From positions 261,165-325,164 of the forward strand of contig JAGVXH010000004.1 in the NCBI GenBank assembly GCA_018303845.1: a DNA stretch of 64,000 nucleotides. The letters run 5' to 3'. The notes below the pieces were generated by a model. It searched no databases and was not told the origin of the DNA. It saw only the letters and a list, made by a program, of their open reading frames with translations. This DNA comes from Candidatus Pacearchaeota archaeon. Its GTDB lineage: Archaea; Nanobdellota; Nanobdellia; Pacearchaeales; GW2011-AR1. The position numbers were made by a program, and so were the translations under genes. Numbering within the stretch: position 1 is the first letter of the stretch; the number at the start of each line of letters is the position of its first letter. Shown here piece after piece: positions 1-9,564 of this stretch.

Positions 1-303
1 TATTGCTTCTCCCATCCATCTTACCCTCGGATACCACATCTCAGCTAATATTTTTGAGAGGTTTTTCTCTTTCTCCTTCATCTTCATTAATTTCCCCTTT
101 TGTGTTCCATATCCCAGAGTCAACAAAAAAGAATAAACCAAAATAGCAAACCCCAAAGAAAGTGTAAGAACCTTGAAATCTTCAGGAATCATACTTTCTT
201 TATTAATTACACTATAAAGAATTATGACCGAAGCCGTAACTCCAACACCAAAAGTTTGCCAAATTATCTTATTGTAGTCTAAAATTGTATCTTCTTCACT
301 CAT
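1..303 (-). CDS. hypothetical membrane protein, N-terminal part only (runs off left edge)
   Basis: Hand translation of the minus strand from ATG (complement of 301-303) gives MSEEDTILDYNKIIWQTFGVGVTASVIILYSV... It stays open to base 1 and has two hydrophobic segments. Absent from the ORF track because there is no stop in the window. Confidence 0.4.
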   Translation of the reverse strand, partial: MSEEDTILDYNKIIWQTFGVGVTASVIILYSVINKESMIPEDFKVLTLSLGFAILVYSFLLTLGYGTQKGKLMKMKEKEKNLSKILAEMWYPRVRWMGEAI

Positions 304-456
304 TATACAAAAAGCAATATATCGCAATTTAAATAACTACCCAATCATCTCAAACCAACAAAATTTAATTATTGACAGATAATTTCGAAGCGTAAAAATT
401 TCCGCCGTGTGTCATTACACATAAGAAAATTTTTACCAAGAAATTAACGTCAAGAA

Positions 457-1434
457 TTATAATTTACTCAACAAATCAACCAATCTCGAACTATACCCAT
501 ATTCATTATCATACCACGACAAAACCTTAACCATCTTCCCATTTCCTTGCGTCAACTTAGAATCAAACACAGACGAAGCCGAATCCCCAATAACATCACT
601 CGAAACAAGCGCGTCTTCCGAATACTTCAAAATCCCCTTCATCTTCCCTATCGAAGCCTTCTTCATAGCCGCATTAACTTCCTCAACACTAGCCACTTTC
701 TTTAATACAACAACAAAATCAACAATACTTCCCGTAGCAACTGGACCTCGAATAGAGAGCCCATCCATCTTCCCCTTAAGCGAAGGAATCACTTCAGCAG
801 TAGCCTTAGTCGCCCCACTTGAAGTCGGAACAAAATTGACCCCAGCTCCACGTCCTCGACGAAAATCCTTATGCGGAGAGTCCACCAACTTCTGGTCCCC
901 AGTATAAGCATGAATCGTAGTCATAAAACCTTTCTCAATCCCAAAAGAATCTTCCAAAACCTTCGCAACCGGAGCCAAGCAATTCGTCGTGCAAGATGCC
1001 ATGGAAATAATCTTATCACTTTTTCTCAAATCCTCATCGTTAACACCTAAAACAATTGTTCTCTCAATATCTTTCCCGGGCGCAGAAATAACAACTCGTT
1101 TCGCCCCAGCCACTAAATGTTTCCCGGCTCCTTCTTTGTCCCTAAAAAACCCAGTACATTCAACGACAACATCAACCTTAAGCTCACCCCAAGGCAAATT
1201 CACAGGATCCTTCTCACTATAAACATTTATCTTCCGATTTCCCACTTTAATAAAATCCTTCCCAAAACTAACTGGCTTTTCATATCGTCCATAAACCGAA
1301 TCAAACTTCAATAAATAAACCAAATTCTCAACATCAGTCAAATCATTAATAGCAACAACATCATAACCTTTCTCAAGTGCAATCTTAAAAAAAGCCCGAC
1401 CAATCCGACCAAATCCATTAATAGCAACTTTCAC
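457..1434 (-). CDS. gap: glyceraldehyde-3-phosphate dehydrogenase, type I (bacterial-like)
   Basis: INGFGRIGR NAD-binding N-terminus, SCTTNCLAP active-site motif and WYDNEYGYS near the C-terminus. GTG start; 325 aa. Confidence 0.9.
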   Translation of the reverse strand: MKVAINGFGRIGRAFFKIALEKGYDVVAINDLTDVENLVYLLKFDSVYGRYEKPVSFGKDFIKVGNRKINVYSEKDPVNLPWGELKVDVVVECTGFFRDKEGAGKHLVAGAKRVVISAPGKDIERTIVLGVNDEDLRKSDKIISMASCTTNCLAPVAKVLEDSFGIEKGFMTTIHAYTGDQKLVDSPHKDFRRGRGAGVNFVPTSSGATKATAEVIPSLKGKMDGLSIRGPVATGSIVDFVVVLKKVASVEEVNAAMKKASIGKMKGILKYSEDALVSSDVIGDSASSVFDSKLTQGNGKMVKVLSWYDNEYGYSSRLVDLLSKL

Positions 1435-1530
1435 CTCGAAACCTCAGACATACAACCTCGCCCGAGTTTAATAAACTTTTCTGTTAATACCATTTCTATT
1501 TTTTTCAAAAGAAAGATTTAAAACAAGGGG

Positions 1531-2022
1531 GTGCATTATTCTACAATGAGAAAGGGAGTTTGGGTTGGTTTTATAATAGCTGTTTGTTTATTCTTGTTAG
1601 CATTTTATTTTTATCAATCGAGTTATCAATCGAGTAGCGACCTAATTGTTCCAGAATGCAAAGGTTCTCAAGAGATAGAGAGATGTTATGTGGATTATGC
1701 AATTCAAAATAAAAATCCTTCTATCTGTCAAGATGTAAGCCAGGAAAGTATTCGTAATTCTTGCTATGATCAGCTTGCATCTAGACTTAATAGAGAAGAT
1801 CTATGCAGAGAGATTACAGATATAGACATGTTTAGCGTTTGCCTTATAGAAATAGCCAAAGCAAAAAAAGATTCAGTTATCTGTGACGGAGTAGATGCCT
1901 CATATTCTGATCAATGCTATCTCCTTGTTGCAGTATCTATTCCAAATCCCGACATTTGCAACAAAATAATAAATGAGCAGGTCAGAGAAGAAAGTTGCCG
2001 TTCAAGAATTTTAAATGCATAG
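1531..2022 (+). CDS. hypothetical Cys-rich protein with N-terminal membrane anchor
   Basis: 163 aa ORF with one N-terminal hydrophobic helix, then repeated C-x-D/Y patterns. Its coding strand is G/T-rich, unlike other plus-strand genes here. Confidence 0.45.
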   Translation: MHYSTMRKGVWVGFIIAVCLFLLAFYFYQSSYQSSSDLIVPECKGSQEIERCYVDYAIQNKNPSICQDVSQESIRNSCYDQLASRLNREDLCREITDIDMFSVCLIEIAKAKKDSVICDGVDASYSDQCYLLVAVSIPNPDICNKIINEQVREESCRSRILNA

Positions 2023-2068
2023 GAGATTAACAGTCAATCAATTCTAAAGATTTTCAGAAGCAACACAC

Positions 2069-2440
2069 TTATTTTACATCCTTCCCCAAAACATACTCAA
2101 TATACCCAACCAACATTCTCTCAATCCGCCGCAACTCCGCAACAACCACTCCAGCCTCATCCTCCCCCAAATAATCCAATCCAACAGCAACCTTCAAATG
2201 CTCCCGAACCTCCTTGGCACTTCCAATAGCATTATACAAATAACCAACAAAATCTTTACTAGTCCTCTTCCCTGAACCCTCAACAATATTAGCAGAAATA
2301 CTTTTAACCGCCCTCCGAACCTGAGGAACTAAATCATACTTCTCACTCGCAGGAAATTTCTTAACCAAATCATAAACAACAAAAATCAAACCATGAGCTT
2401 TATGATAAACTTCCAAATTCTCATAATTCCACATAAACAA
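2069..2440 (-). CDS. four-helix-bundle protein (23S rRNA intervening-sequence protein family)
   Basis: LEVYHKA...VKKFP..EKYDLVPQVRRAVKSISANIVEGSGKRTSKDF..YLYNAIGSAKEV matches the family pattern as I recall it. Confidence 0.75.
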   Translation of the reverse strand: MFMWNYENLEVYHKAHGLIFVVYDLVKKFPASEKYDLVPQVRRAVKSISANIVEGSGKRTSKDFVGYLYNAIGSAKEVREHLKVAVGLDYLGEDEAGVVVAELRRIERMLVGYIEYVLGKDVK

Positions 2441-2486
2441 AATAAAAATTCAATCTATATAAAACCTTAGCAGAATAGCCAAATCT

Positions 2487-2567
2487 CCAGCGAAGCTGAG
2501 CCCCCCGAGTTTTACTCGAGCCTCCCAATGCAAAGCATTGAGCCACCCATCCCTAGATGAGTCCCCC
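2487..2567. repeat. array of 4 GAGCCNCCC motifs alternating with mini-hairpins, directly behind the glucoamylase stop
   Basis: GAGCCCCCC at 2498, GAGCCTCCC at 2518, GAGCCACCC at 2540, GAGTCCCCC at 2559. Stems cgagt/actcg (2506-2518) and caatgc/gcattg (2526-2540). Confidence 0.85.
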
Positions 2568-4535
2568 TTAAGACAATTCTTTAAACTTATTCAAATATTT
2601 AATAACACCGACAACATACGAAGCATGGCTCCAAGTAAGCGGTGCAACACTAGCTGGTTTAGAATCATTTGGTCTAAACTGCTCCGACAAAACCCCAGAA
2701 GGAAGTGCCCTTTCAACAACCCAATCAAACAAATCTCTAGCGAGTTCTAATTCTTTCAAATTCCGAGCCTTAGCAATATAATATTCAGCCAACCACATAG
2801 TAGAAATAATCCAAGAATTCTCTCTCTGCCCAGGAACCCGATGATACATATCATTTTCATATCGAGCCATTCCAGAACAAGCGTCATCAAACCATAGCCT
2901 ATTCATTGTGATTTCAACAGTTCGAAGAAGCCGAGCATCATTAACATTCAATAAATTAAATTCGAACAAACCATAAAAAGTACTAGCATCAATAGTCCTA
3001 TCCATCACTAGTCTTTGATTCTCGTCAGCTCCCTCGTAATAAACACCTTTAACAAAAATCCCTCTTTCTTTATCAAACATATATTCTAAGGTCTTAGTTC
3101 GGATGTCTTCGGCGATATTCATATACTCTTCAGCCTTTTCCTTATCTTCAAAAATTCCAGCAAATTTACTCATAGCAACCAACCCAGCATAAGTGGCACA
3201 GCATGTAAAGGTATGAATTCCAAGTTTCTCTTCCCATAAATCATAACTCTCTTTGGGCAGCCCAGTATCAAGATTTCGAAACGCAACTAAAAAATCCCCC
3301 ATATTTTTGATAAAGTGTTTATACATTTTCTTAATCATTTCATCTTTGTCTCCATACTTCTCATAATGTTTCCAAAGGGCATCCAAAACAAGAGCCGTTT
3401 CATCTTCTTGAATCGGTAACTGAATCTTATCTCCCTTCAGCCAAGAATGCCAAGAACTTCCAAGTGAACCATCGGGATTATACTTGTGCATCAAATATCC
3501 TTCTCTCGCAGTAACCTCCGAACAAAATTTAAAAAATTTTTTAGTCAAATCACTATGTCCAGCATGATCCAAACTCCGTGAAATCAAAGCCCCATCTCGT
3601 GGCCACATATAACTGTAAGTGTCTCGTTTAAACCGAAGGGTGTGCGTATCATTAGCCGCCGTCACTGCCCCATGGTTATCGGTCTGTGCCCGAATAATTA
3701 AAAGCGACCTCTTAAACAAATCAACAATATCCTCGCCCAACGAATCAAAGTTAATATTCCTCTTGCTTCCCCATTGAATCCAATAATTCGCAGTTTCATT
3801 CATTGCCTTTGCAAAACCTCGCTTCAGAATAAAATCTCGAATCCCCAAAACTTCCCCATAATTCTTCCCAACACTAATCCAGTAATTTATTTCCTCCTCC
3901 TCTCTACCCTTAACTTTCAAATTAAACCCGATAGCCGAATCAGTAGACCCATGCTCAACAGGGTTTTTACTTAAAACCCCATCTTCACAATCAATATAAG
4001 TCCCCCCCTTATTTTCAACACCTCCAGAAACACCGACGGCATAATCGTCAAAATCCTTGTCCTTACTTCGTCCTCCCATCAAAAAATATCTTTTTCCCTT
4101 ATAATTCACAATTGAATTAGTTTTCGGGTCATAAAAAATACTATCCCCAATATCATCTTCCGAAATATGAAAATGTTGCGAGAAAAAAATTCGAATTTCC
4201 CTTTCCCTGTCAAAATTGTTTTTAACCTTTAAGTCCCTCAGATAAATATTCTTTTCAAAATGCACAGCTTCCATCATAGATATTTCAATCCCCAGCCGGT
4301 GATTTATCATTTTCACATCACTAACCAAAGAATCTTTTTTATATTTTATCTCGATATTCCATTCGTCCTGAGTCACCCAACTAAAAATTCCATCGACCCA
4401 AATTCCAATTCTATGAACAAATCCAGAAACATGATTTTCCTGCCCGACATAAGGATAATAAAAATCTCTAATCAAAGAATTCTTATCGGTGCAAACAAGC
4501 ATATTCCCATTGCCAAGAATCACATGTCTAGTCAT
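2568..4535 (-). CDS. GH15 glucoamylase / glucan 1,4-alpha-glucosidase family protein
   Basis: 655 aa. YSYMWPRDGALISRSLDHAGH and a later WEE...HTFT segment are typical of the archaeal/bacterial GH15 catalytic (alpha/alpha)6 domain. Last gene of the glycogen operon. Confidence 0.85.
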   Translation of the reverse strand: MTRHVILGNGNMLVCTDKNSLIRDFYYPYVGQENHVSGFVHRIGIWVDGIFSWVTQDEWNIEIKYKKDSLVSDVKMINHRLGIEISMMEAVHFEKNIYLRDLKVKNNFDREREIRIFFSQHFHISEDDIGDSIFYDPKTNSIVNYKGKRYFLMGGRSKDKDFDDYAVGVSGGVENKGGTYIDCEDGVLSKNPVEHGSTDSAIGFNLKVKGREEEEINYWISVGKNYGEVLGIRDFILKRGFAKAMNETANYWIQWGSKRNINFDSLGEDIVDLFKRSLLIIRAQTDNHGAVTAANDTHTLRFKRDTYSYMWPRDGALISRSLDHAGHSDLTKKFFKFCSEVTAREGYLMHKYNPDGSLGSSWHSWLKGDKIQLPIQEDETALVLDALWKHYEKYGDKDEMIKKMYKHFIKNMGDFLVAFRNLDTGLPKESYDLWEEKLGIHTFTCCATYAGLVAMSKFAGIFEDKEKAEEYMNIAEDIRTKTLEYMFDKERGIFVKGVYYEGADENQRLVMDRTIDASTFYGLFEFNLLNVNDARLLRTVEITMNRLWFDDACSGMARYENDMYHRVPGQRENSWIISTMWLAEYYIAKARNLKELELARDLFDWVVERALPSGVLSEQFRPNDSKPASVAPLTWSHASYVVGVIKYLNKFKELS

Positions 4536-4881
4536 TCGATTTTTCTAGGTATCTTTCAATGTAAGTGATACGAGCTCCGATTTTTTTCAAAGCACTTTCC
4601 TTATCGGCCCCAATCAAACTATCAGCCAATCTAACATCGTCAAGGCATTCACTAATCCAATTCGCAAAATCATTTCGCCCCTCGCTAGTGTGATGGAAGA
4701 AAACTTCGTTACTCATCTCTTCAAGCCCTTTTCCCAAATCTTTCAAATTATAAAAAACCTTTCCATCACTACAAAAAAAATTCTTGCCCTCATCAACATT
4801 GCCCAAAATTTTCCTAGCAAGTTTATTGTTTAATCGCATTAGCCTTCCTCCTGGCAAACCATCCCTTGGGTTTCTCGCCAA
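4528..4881 (-). CDS. small conserved protein, paralog of 5565-5861 (FFHHTxEGRNDFANWI motif)
   Basis: Shares FF.S.G......L..L...L......FFHHTSEGRNDFANWI with the ORF at 5565-5861. Overlaps the glucoamylase start by 8 nt. An alternative start at 4839 (Met15) reduces the overlap with the ParA gene. Confidence 0.6.
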   Translation of the reverse strand: MARNPRDGLPGGRLMRLNNKLARKILGNVDEGKNFFCSDGKVFYNLKDLGKGLEEMSNEVFFHHTSEGRNDFANWISECLDDVRLADSLIGADKESALKKIGARITYIERYLEKSND

Positions 4882-5572
4882 TCAAACTTCCAGCCAATCT
4901 CTTATACTCAGAAGAAACATCCTCTCTAGGAAAATTAACAACAACAGGAACCATCTTGGAAAGTGCAGACAAAACTTTAAAGTTCTCAGGAATGACGCCT
5001 AAAACTTTCGCTCCGCTAGCATCTTCAATATCCTTTTTCTTTAATTCAAACTTCTTCCCATAGGATTTGTTAATAATAATTCCACGAATCTTGGCCTCTC
5101 TTTTATCCGCAACACTAATCGCATGAATAGTAGAACTAAGTGTAGGGTAATCAGGCGAACTCACAACGAGCAACTCATCTGAAGCAGCCATCGTAGCATA
5201 CATCTCCTCGTTCAGCGAAGGAGACGAGTCAATCAAGATAACATCATAAATGTTTCGCAATTCCTCAAGCTTATCTCTCAAGCTAAGAGGCGTAGTCTTA
5301 AAAGGTGCAAGCTTCCCAGGGATAATATGAAACCCAAGTTCATGTTGATAAATAGATTCAAAGATAGAATGTTTATCATTCAAAACATGATGAAGTGTAT
5401 ACTTAGGAGCAAGAAGTCCTAAGTGCAAACCTAAATGCGGAGTAGAAAAATTAGCATCAATCATCAAAACATTCTTCCCATAATCTCTAGCCAAAGAAGC
5501 CCCAAGATTAGAAACAACAGTAGTTTTTCCAACGCCACCCTTCAATGCGACAACTCCAAAAATTTTACCCAT
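4823..5572 (-). CDS. ParA/MinD-family P-loop ATPase
   Basis: Deviant Walker A LKGGVGKTTVVSNLG, then MIDANF and ILIDSSPSL (Walker B-like). Start placed at MGKIFGVV (Met28 of the tracked ORF), which overlaps the upstream gene by 8 nt. Confidence 0.85.
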   Translation of the reverse strand: MGKIFGVVALKGGVGKTTVVSNLGASLARDYGKNVLMIDANFSTPHLGLHLGLLAPKYTLHHVLNDKHSIFESIYQHELGFHIIPGKLAPFKTTPLSLRDKLEELRNIYDVILIDSSPSLNEEMYATMAASDELLVVSSPDYPTLSSTIHAISVADKREAKIRGIIINKSYGKKFELKKKDIEDASGAKVLGVIPENFKVLSALSKMVPVVVNFPREDVSSEYKRLAGSLIGEKPKGWFARRKANAIKQ

Positions 5573-5861
5573 AAAGTATCGCTCCCTTGATCTGATCAAT
5601 AATTCCGCTCTTAACTTTAGCAGGAGTATTAACCTTCTTATCAAGAACAGCAATAATCTTCGCTCGGTCTGTCAATTTTTCAATCTTCTTCCCTAAAGTC
5701 TTATCCTTAACACAGTCATTAATCCAATTAGCAAAATCATTTCGCCCCTCGCCAGTATGATGAAAGAAACATTCGTCATCAATAACTTTCAATTTTTCAA
5801 GAAGTTCATTTAAACTTCCAGCACTTTCTCCATTAGAGAAATAAAATCGATCTATTACCAT
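5565..5861 (-). CDS. small conserved protein, paralog of 4528-4881 (FFHHTxEGRNDFANWI motif)
   Basis: 98 aa. FYFSNGESAGSLNELLEKLKVIDDECFFHHTGEGRNDFANWINDC aligns residue for residue with the downstream paralog. Confidence 0.6.
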   Translation of the reverse strand: MVIDRFYFSNGESAGSLNELLEKLKVIDDECFFHHTGEGRNDFANWINDCVKDKTLGKKIEKLTDRAKIIAVLDKKVNTPAKVKSGIIDQIKGAILYG

Positions 5862-5887
5862 CTTTTATTTACCATATACTTTATTCT

Positions 5888-7141
5888 TTATAAATTTACT
5901 CTTGTCCTGATAACTTTTCCCTTAACCGCAAATCCCCTCTCTTCTAAAATATCATCAATTTCCATTTCCAAATCCTGCAACACATTCATGTAAGCAATAA
6001 ACGCCTCATAAGGACTTTCGTAAGGATTAAAATATTTATGAACATCCCCATCGCTAAACCATTTAGTACACATATAATAAAAATGGTCTGATGTCTGCAA
6101 CTTCCTCCAGCGATGAAGCAATTTCCCATTTCCAGTCAACTTCACTTTCTCGCCCAAGGCATAAATCTTATTCATCGCCGCGTCCTGAATCTCATTCCCA
6201 GTCCACGCACTTAAATCTCTCTCAAGGTCAGCCCAAGAAATAAAATTATGACAATCATATTCCCCACGAGTTTCGTATGTGTCCACAACTTCCGAAGGTG
6301 TCTTAAAATTATTATCAGGATGCTTCAAAAATTCAACAGGCAAATAGCGAAGAAATTCAAAAATGCCAGTATCCTCCCACTGATGCTCGCCAAAAGTTTC
6401 ATAATCCATAAATAAATTCACAACTTCGCCACATCCATTAATCGAATTCAGCCACTGCACATATTTCGAAGCCGTAAGTGGCCAGTCTTTCCAGCCGCGA
6501 TTCGAAAATCTAAAAGCAACATCATCACTCAATTTATAATTCTTGAGCAAAACCTTAATCTTCTTAGCCCCAACAGGACTATATAAAAAATTCGGACTTC
6601 TCCAGCCCAAAAGATGATCCGCCCCTTCGCTAATAATTCCCTTATATCCCATCGCCTCGATCTCGTTGGCCAGTTTATTATTATAAATCAACTCTGTGTT
6701 CCGAAACACCGTAGGAGTAACCCCAAATAATTGCTTAACAAATTTATCATGAAGTCGAACCTGCTCCCGAAATTCATTCTTGTCAAACAAAAAAGAAAGT
6801 GAATGATAATAAGTCTCGCTCAAAATCTCAACTCGACCAGTAGCAACCAAATCCTGAAAACTCTTCAAAACCTCAGGCGCGAACTCTTCCAACTGCTCCA
6901 AAAAAACTCCAGAAAAAGAAAAACTAATCTTAAAATCAGGGTGCTTATTCAACAATTCCAACAAAACCGCATTCGTCGGCAAATAACATTTTCCAGCAAC
7001 CTTGTCAATAATCCATCTATTATCTAATTTCGTCCCGCTCCTATCTCCAAAATAATCCTTGTTCCTTCCAATATCAAAAACAGAATACCGCCTAATCCTA
7101 TAAGGCTGATGAACCTGAAAATAAAAACACATAGAAACCAT
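5888..7141 (-). CDS. glycoside hydrolase family 57 protein (alpha-amylase-like)
   Basis: N-terminal FYFQVHQPYRIRRY...FDIG followed by KCYLPTNAVLLELL...FKISFSFSGVFLEQL is the GH57 pattern as I recall it. 417 aa. Confidence 0.8.
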   Translation of the reverse strand: MVSMCFYFQVHQPYRIRRYSVFDIGRNKDYFGDRSGTKLDNRWIIDKVAGKCYLPTNAVLLELLNKHPDFKISFSFSGVFLEQLEEFAPEVLKSFQDLVATGRVEILSETYYHSLSFLFDKNEFREQVRLHDKFVKQLFGVTPTVFRNTELIYNNKLANEIEAMGYKGIISEGADHLLGWRSPNFLYSPVGAKKIKVLLKNYKLSDDVAFRFSNRGWKDWPLTASKYVQWLNSINGCGEVVNLFMDYETFGEHQWEDTGIFEFLRYLPVEFLKHPDNNFKTPSEVVDTYETRGEYDCHNFISWADLERDLSAWTGNEIQDAAMNKIYALGEKVKLTGNGKLLHRWRKLQTSDHFYYMCTKWFSDGDVHKYFNPYESPYEAFIAYMNVLQDLEMEIDDILEERGFAVKGKVIRTRVNL

Positions 7142-8391
7142 TATTTCTTTTCAGTAAGTTCTTTGTAAATATCAACACACCGCCGAGCCGGTTTATCCCA
7201 TGTCAACTTATTCACTTCACTATACCCCTCCCTCTTCATAGTATTACTCAAAGCATTATGTTTCAACAACGACACAATTTGATTAGCCATCATATCACTA
7301 TCCCAGAAGTCAACTTTAAAAACATTGTTCAAAATCTCACTTGCTCCAGACTGTTTAGAAATAATAGTCGGAGTCCCTTTACTCATGGCCTCAAACGCAA
7401 CAAGACCAAACGGCTCGCTAACCGAAGGCATCACATAAATATCAGCCATGCTAAAAAACTTATTCGCATCGTCTCGCGTATAAAACCCATGAAACAAAAA
7501 CTTATCCGATATCCCAAGCTCAATTGTTCTCTTAATCATCTTCTGCAACTGATCTCCAGAACCAGCCATAATAAAAATAACATTATCATAAAAATTACAA
7601 ACCTTCCTGGCGGCTTCAACAAAATAATCCGGACCCTTTTGCAAAGTCATTCGACCAGCATACAAAATAACTTTATTCTTATCTTTAAACTTTGGAAAAT
7701 CAAAATTCATATCAGGTCCAACATCAACCTTCGCATGGTAAACAATCTCAATCTTATTTGGATTAATCCCGTAATTCTTAATAAGCCCGTCTTTTACTCT
7801 TCTACTAATCGTAATAATTTTATCCGCCTTTTCCATCCCTTCTTTCTCAATAGAATAAATATGCGGGTCGGCTCCATTCCCTCCCGACTTATCAAACTCA
7901 GTAATATGCATATGAACAATCAAAGGTTTTCTCATATATTCACTCGCCTGAATAGCAGCCGGAAACGTCGTCCAATCATGCGCATGCACAACATCAAAAC
8001 TCTCATCCTCAACAATAGTCCGAACTCGTCCCGCAAAATTATAAACCTCTTCAATTAAATTCTGCCCATACAAACTCAAAGTATTATCAGCTCCAAGTCC
8101 AGTTTTCCCAGCCGAAATCAACCTTTGTCTTTCTTCCATATAACTTTCTTGCGTCATATAAGCACTAAGTAGAGATGGAATTTTTTTGAAATTTATCTTC
8201 TTCCCTTTAAATCTATCCGCAAGCAAAATCCTAAGGTGTTGATTCCTAATCTCATCCGGACCAAAAGGCATAACATAAGTTAAATCAACATCATCCATTT
8301 TCACCATCTCTCTTGTCAACTCATAGCAAACTATTCCAGCGCCCCCGGCAAAAAAAGGGGGGAACTCCCAGCCAAGCATCAAGACTTTCAT
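7141..8391 (-). CDS. glycogen synthase-like GT-B glycosyltransferase
   Basis: MKVLMLGWEFPPFFAGGAGIVCYEL N-terminus and C-terminal PSVSEPFGLVAFEAMSKGTPTI (E-x7-E). Its first base overlaps the GH57 gene by 1 nt. Confidence 0.8.
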   Translation of the reverse strand: MKVLMLGWEFPPFFAGGAGIVCYELTREMVKMDDVDLTYVMPFGPDEIRNQHLRILLADRFKGKKINFKKIPSLLSAYMTQESYMEERQRLISAGKTGLGADNTLSLYGQNLIEEVYNFAGRVRTIVEDESFDVVHAHDWTTFPAAIQASEYMRKPLIVHMHITEFDKSGGNGADPHIYSIEKEGMEKADKIITISRRVKDGLIKNYGINPNKIEIVYHAKVDVGPDMNFDFPKFKDKNKVILYAGRMTLQKGPDYFVEAARKVCNFYDNVIFIMAGSGDQLQKMIKRTIELGISDKFLFHGFYTRDDANKFFSMADIYVMPSVSEPFGLVAFEAMSKGTPTIISKQSGASEILNNVFKVDFWDSDMMANQIVSLLKHNALSNTMKREGYSEVNKLTWDKPARRCVDIYKELTEKK

Positions 8392-8503
8392 TTCACCATC
8401 TCCAAAAATAGATATTCACTTCGACTATTAAACCTTTCCATTAATATATTAGAAAATCACAGCCAATCCAAACAATTAAATATTTACGAGCTTTGAAAGT
8501 AAA

Positions 8504-9367
8504 ATGAAAGAGCTGATAAACTTAGATGAGTGTGTAATCCAAGCCTTAAAATTATTCTCCGTCACAAAACTCCCCAAAATAGAAGTCACATTCAAAAATC
8601 CCATAGTCATAGGAAGCGGAAATGCAGCAGCTCTAGGCAAAATACTATACCCTTCCGCAATCCATGCAAACGAATCAACTTACAAAACAATCCTAAAGTC
8701 CCAAAAGCCAGACGGTTGCATCTTAATTTCCGCCTCCGCCGGCAAACACGCCCCAATAATCGCAAAGCAAATGAGAAAAAACAAAATAAAAACAATCCTC
8801 CTAACAAATAACCCAGATGGCAAGGCAACAAAAATAGCAGACAAAACATACCTCTTCCCGAAAAACACAGAGCCCTACACCTACAACACCTCGACATACC
8901 TAGGGATGATTTTAGCAAAAACAGGTGAAGACCCAAAAAGGATTTTAACATTCCTTGAAAAATTAAAAGTCCCAAAAGATCTAAAAAAATATAACTCATA
9001 CTTCTTCATAGTGCCGGAATCCTTTGACCTCATAAGAGAATTCTACGAAACAAAATTCGATGAACTCTTCGGCCCAAAAATCCAAGGAGAAGCCTTCACC
9101 TTTGAAGAAGCCAAGCACGCAAAAACAATTGTAAAGTCCGACAAGGAATTATTTATCAGTTTAGGCAAAGAAAACAAAGTCTTCGGGAAAAACAGACTTA
9201 ATTATAAGCTTCCAAAAAATGCAGACTTCGCCTTAATGTTTTGTCTCGGTTATTATCTAATAGGAAAAATCCAACAACAAAATCCACCTTATTTCAAAAG
9301 AAGCATAGGCAATTACGTAAAAGAAGCAAGTAGGCTGTTCAAACAAAAAATAAAAATTCTAAGTTAG
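8504..9367 (+). CDS. SIS-domain-like sugar-phosphate binding/isomerase protein (tentative)
   Basis: IVIGSGNAAALG....DGCILISASAGKHAPIIAKQMRKNKIKTILLTNNPDGKATKIADKTYLFP follows the SIS pattern (G-x-G-x-S ... iS.SG.t.e). Divergent from the glycogen operon. Confidence 0.45.
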   Translation: MKELINLDECVIQALKLFSVTKLPKIEVTFKNPIVIGSGNAAALGKILYPSAIHANESTYKTILKSQKPDGCILISASAGKHAPIIAKQMRKNKIKTILLTNNPDGKATKIADKTYLFPKNTEPYTYNTSTYLGMILAKTGEDPKRILTFLEKLKVPKDLKKYNSYFFIVPESFDLIREFYETKFDELFGPKIQGEAFTFEEAKHAKTIVKSDKELFISLGKENKVFGKNRLNYKLPKNADFALMFCLGYYLIGKIQQQNPPYFKRSIGNYVKEASRLFKQKIKILS

Positions 9368-9564
9368 TTTCCCACTTTAGTATTGTTTTATTGTTTCGGA
9401 GTTCTTTTTGCTTATGCCTGGGATTTCGCTGAAGGTTCTTTCTTTTCAGCATTCCCATCTTTCTTTGTGTTCGTACAGGTCTATTTTCCCATAAAATAGC
9501 TGAGCTGGAATTCTTTATGATAAATTATTACTAGTATTGTAGTGTTACAAGGGTTGTAATATTA

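Noticed and set aside
7258-8058. Long plus-strand ORFs antisense to real genes. Examples are 7258-8058, 10506-11048, 35184-35876, 45076-45771, 59877-60608, 11697-12149, 12225-12626 and 40406-40903.
   Set aside because: Their translations are low-complexity N/I/R/K/P-rich strings with no motifs. They sit exactly opposite strongly supported minus-strand genes. The biased composition suppresses stop codons on the antisense strand.
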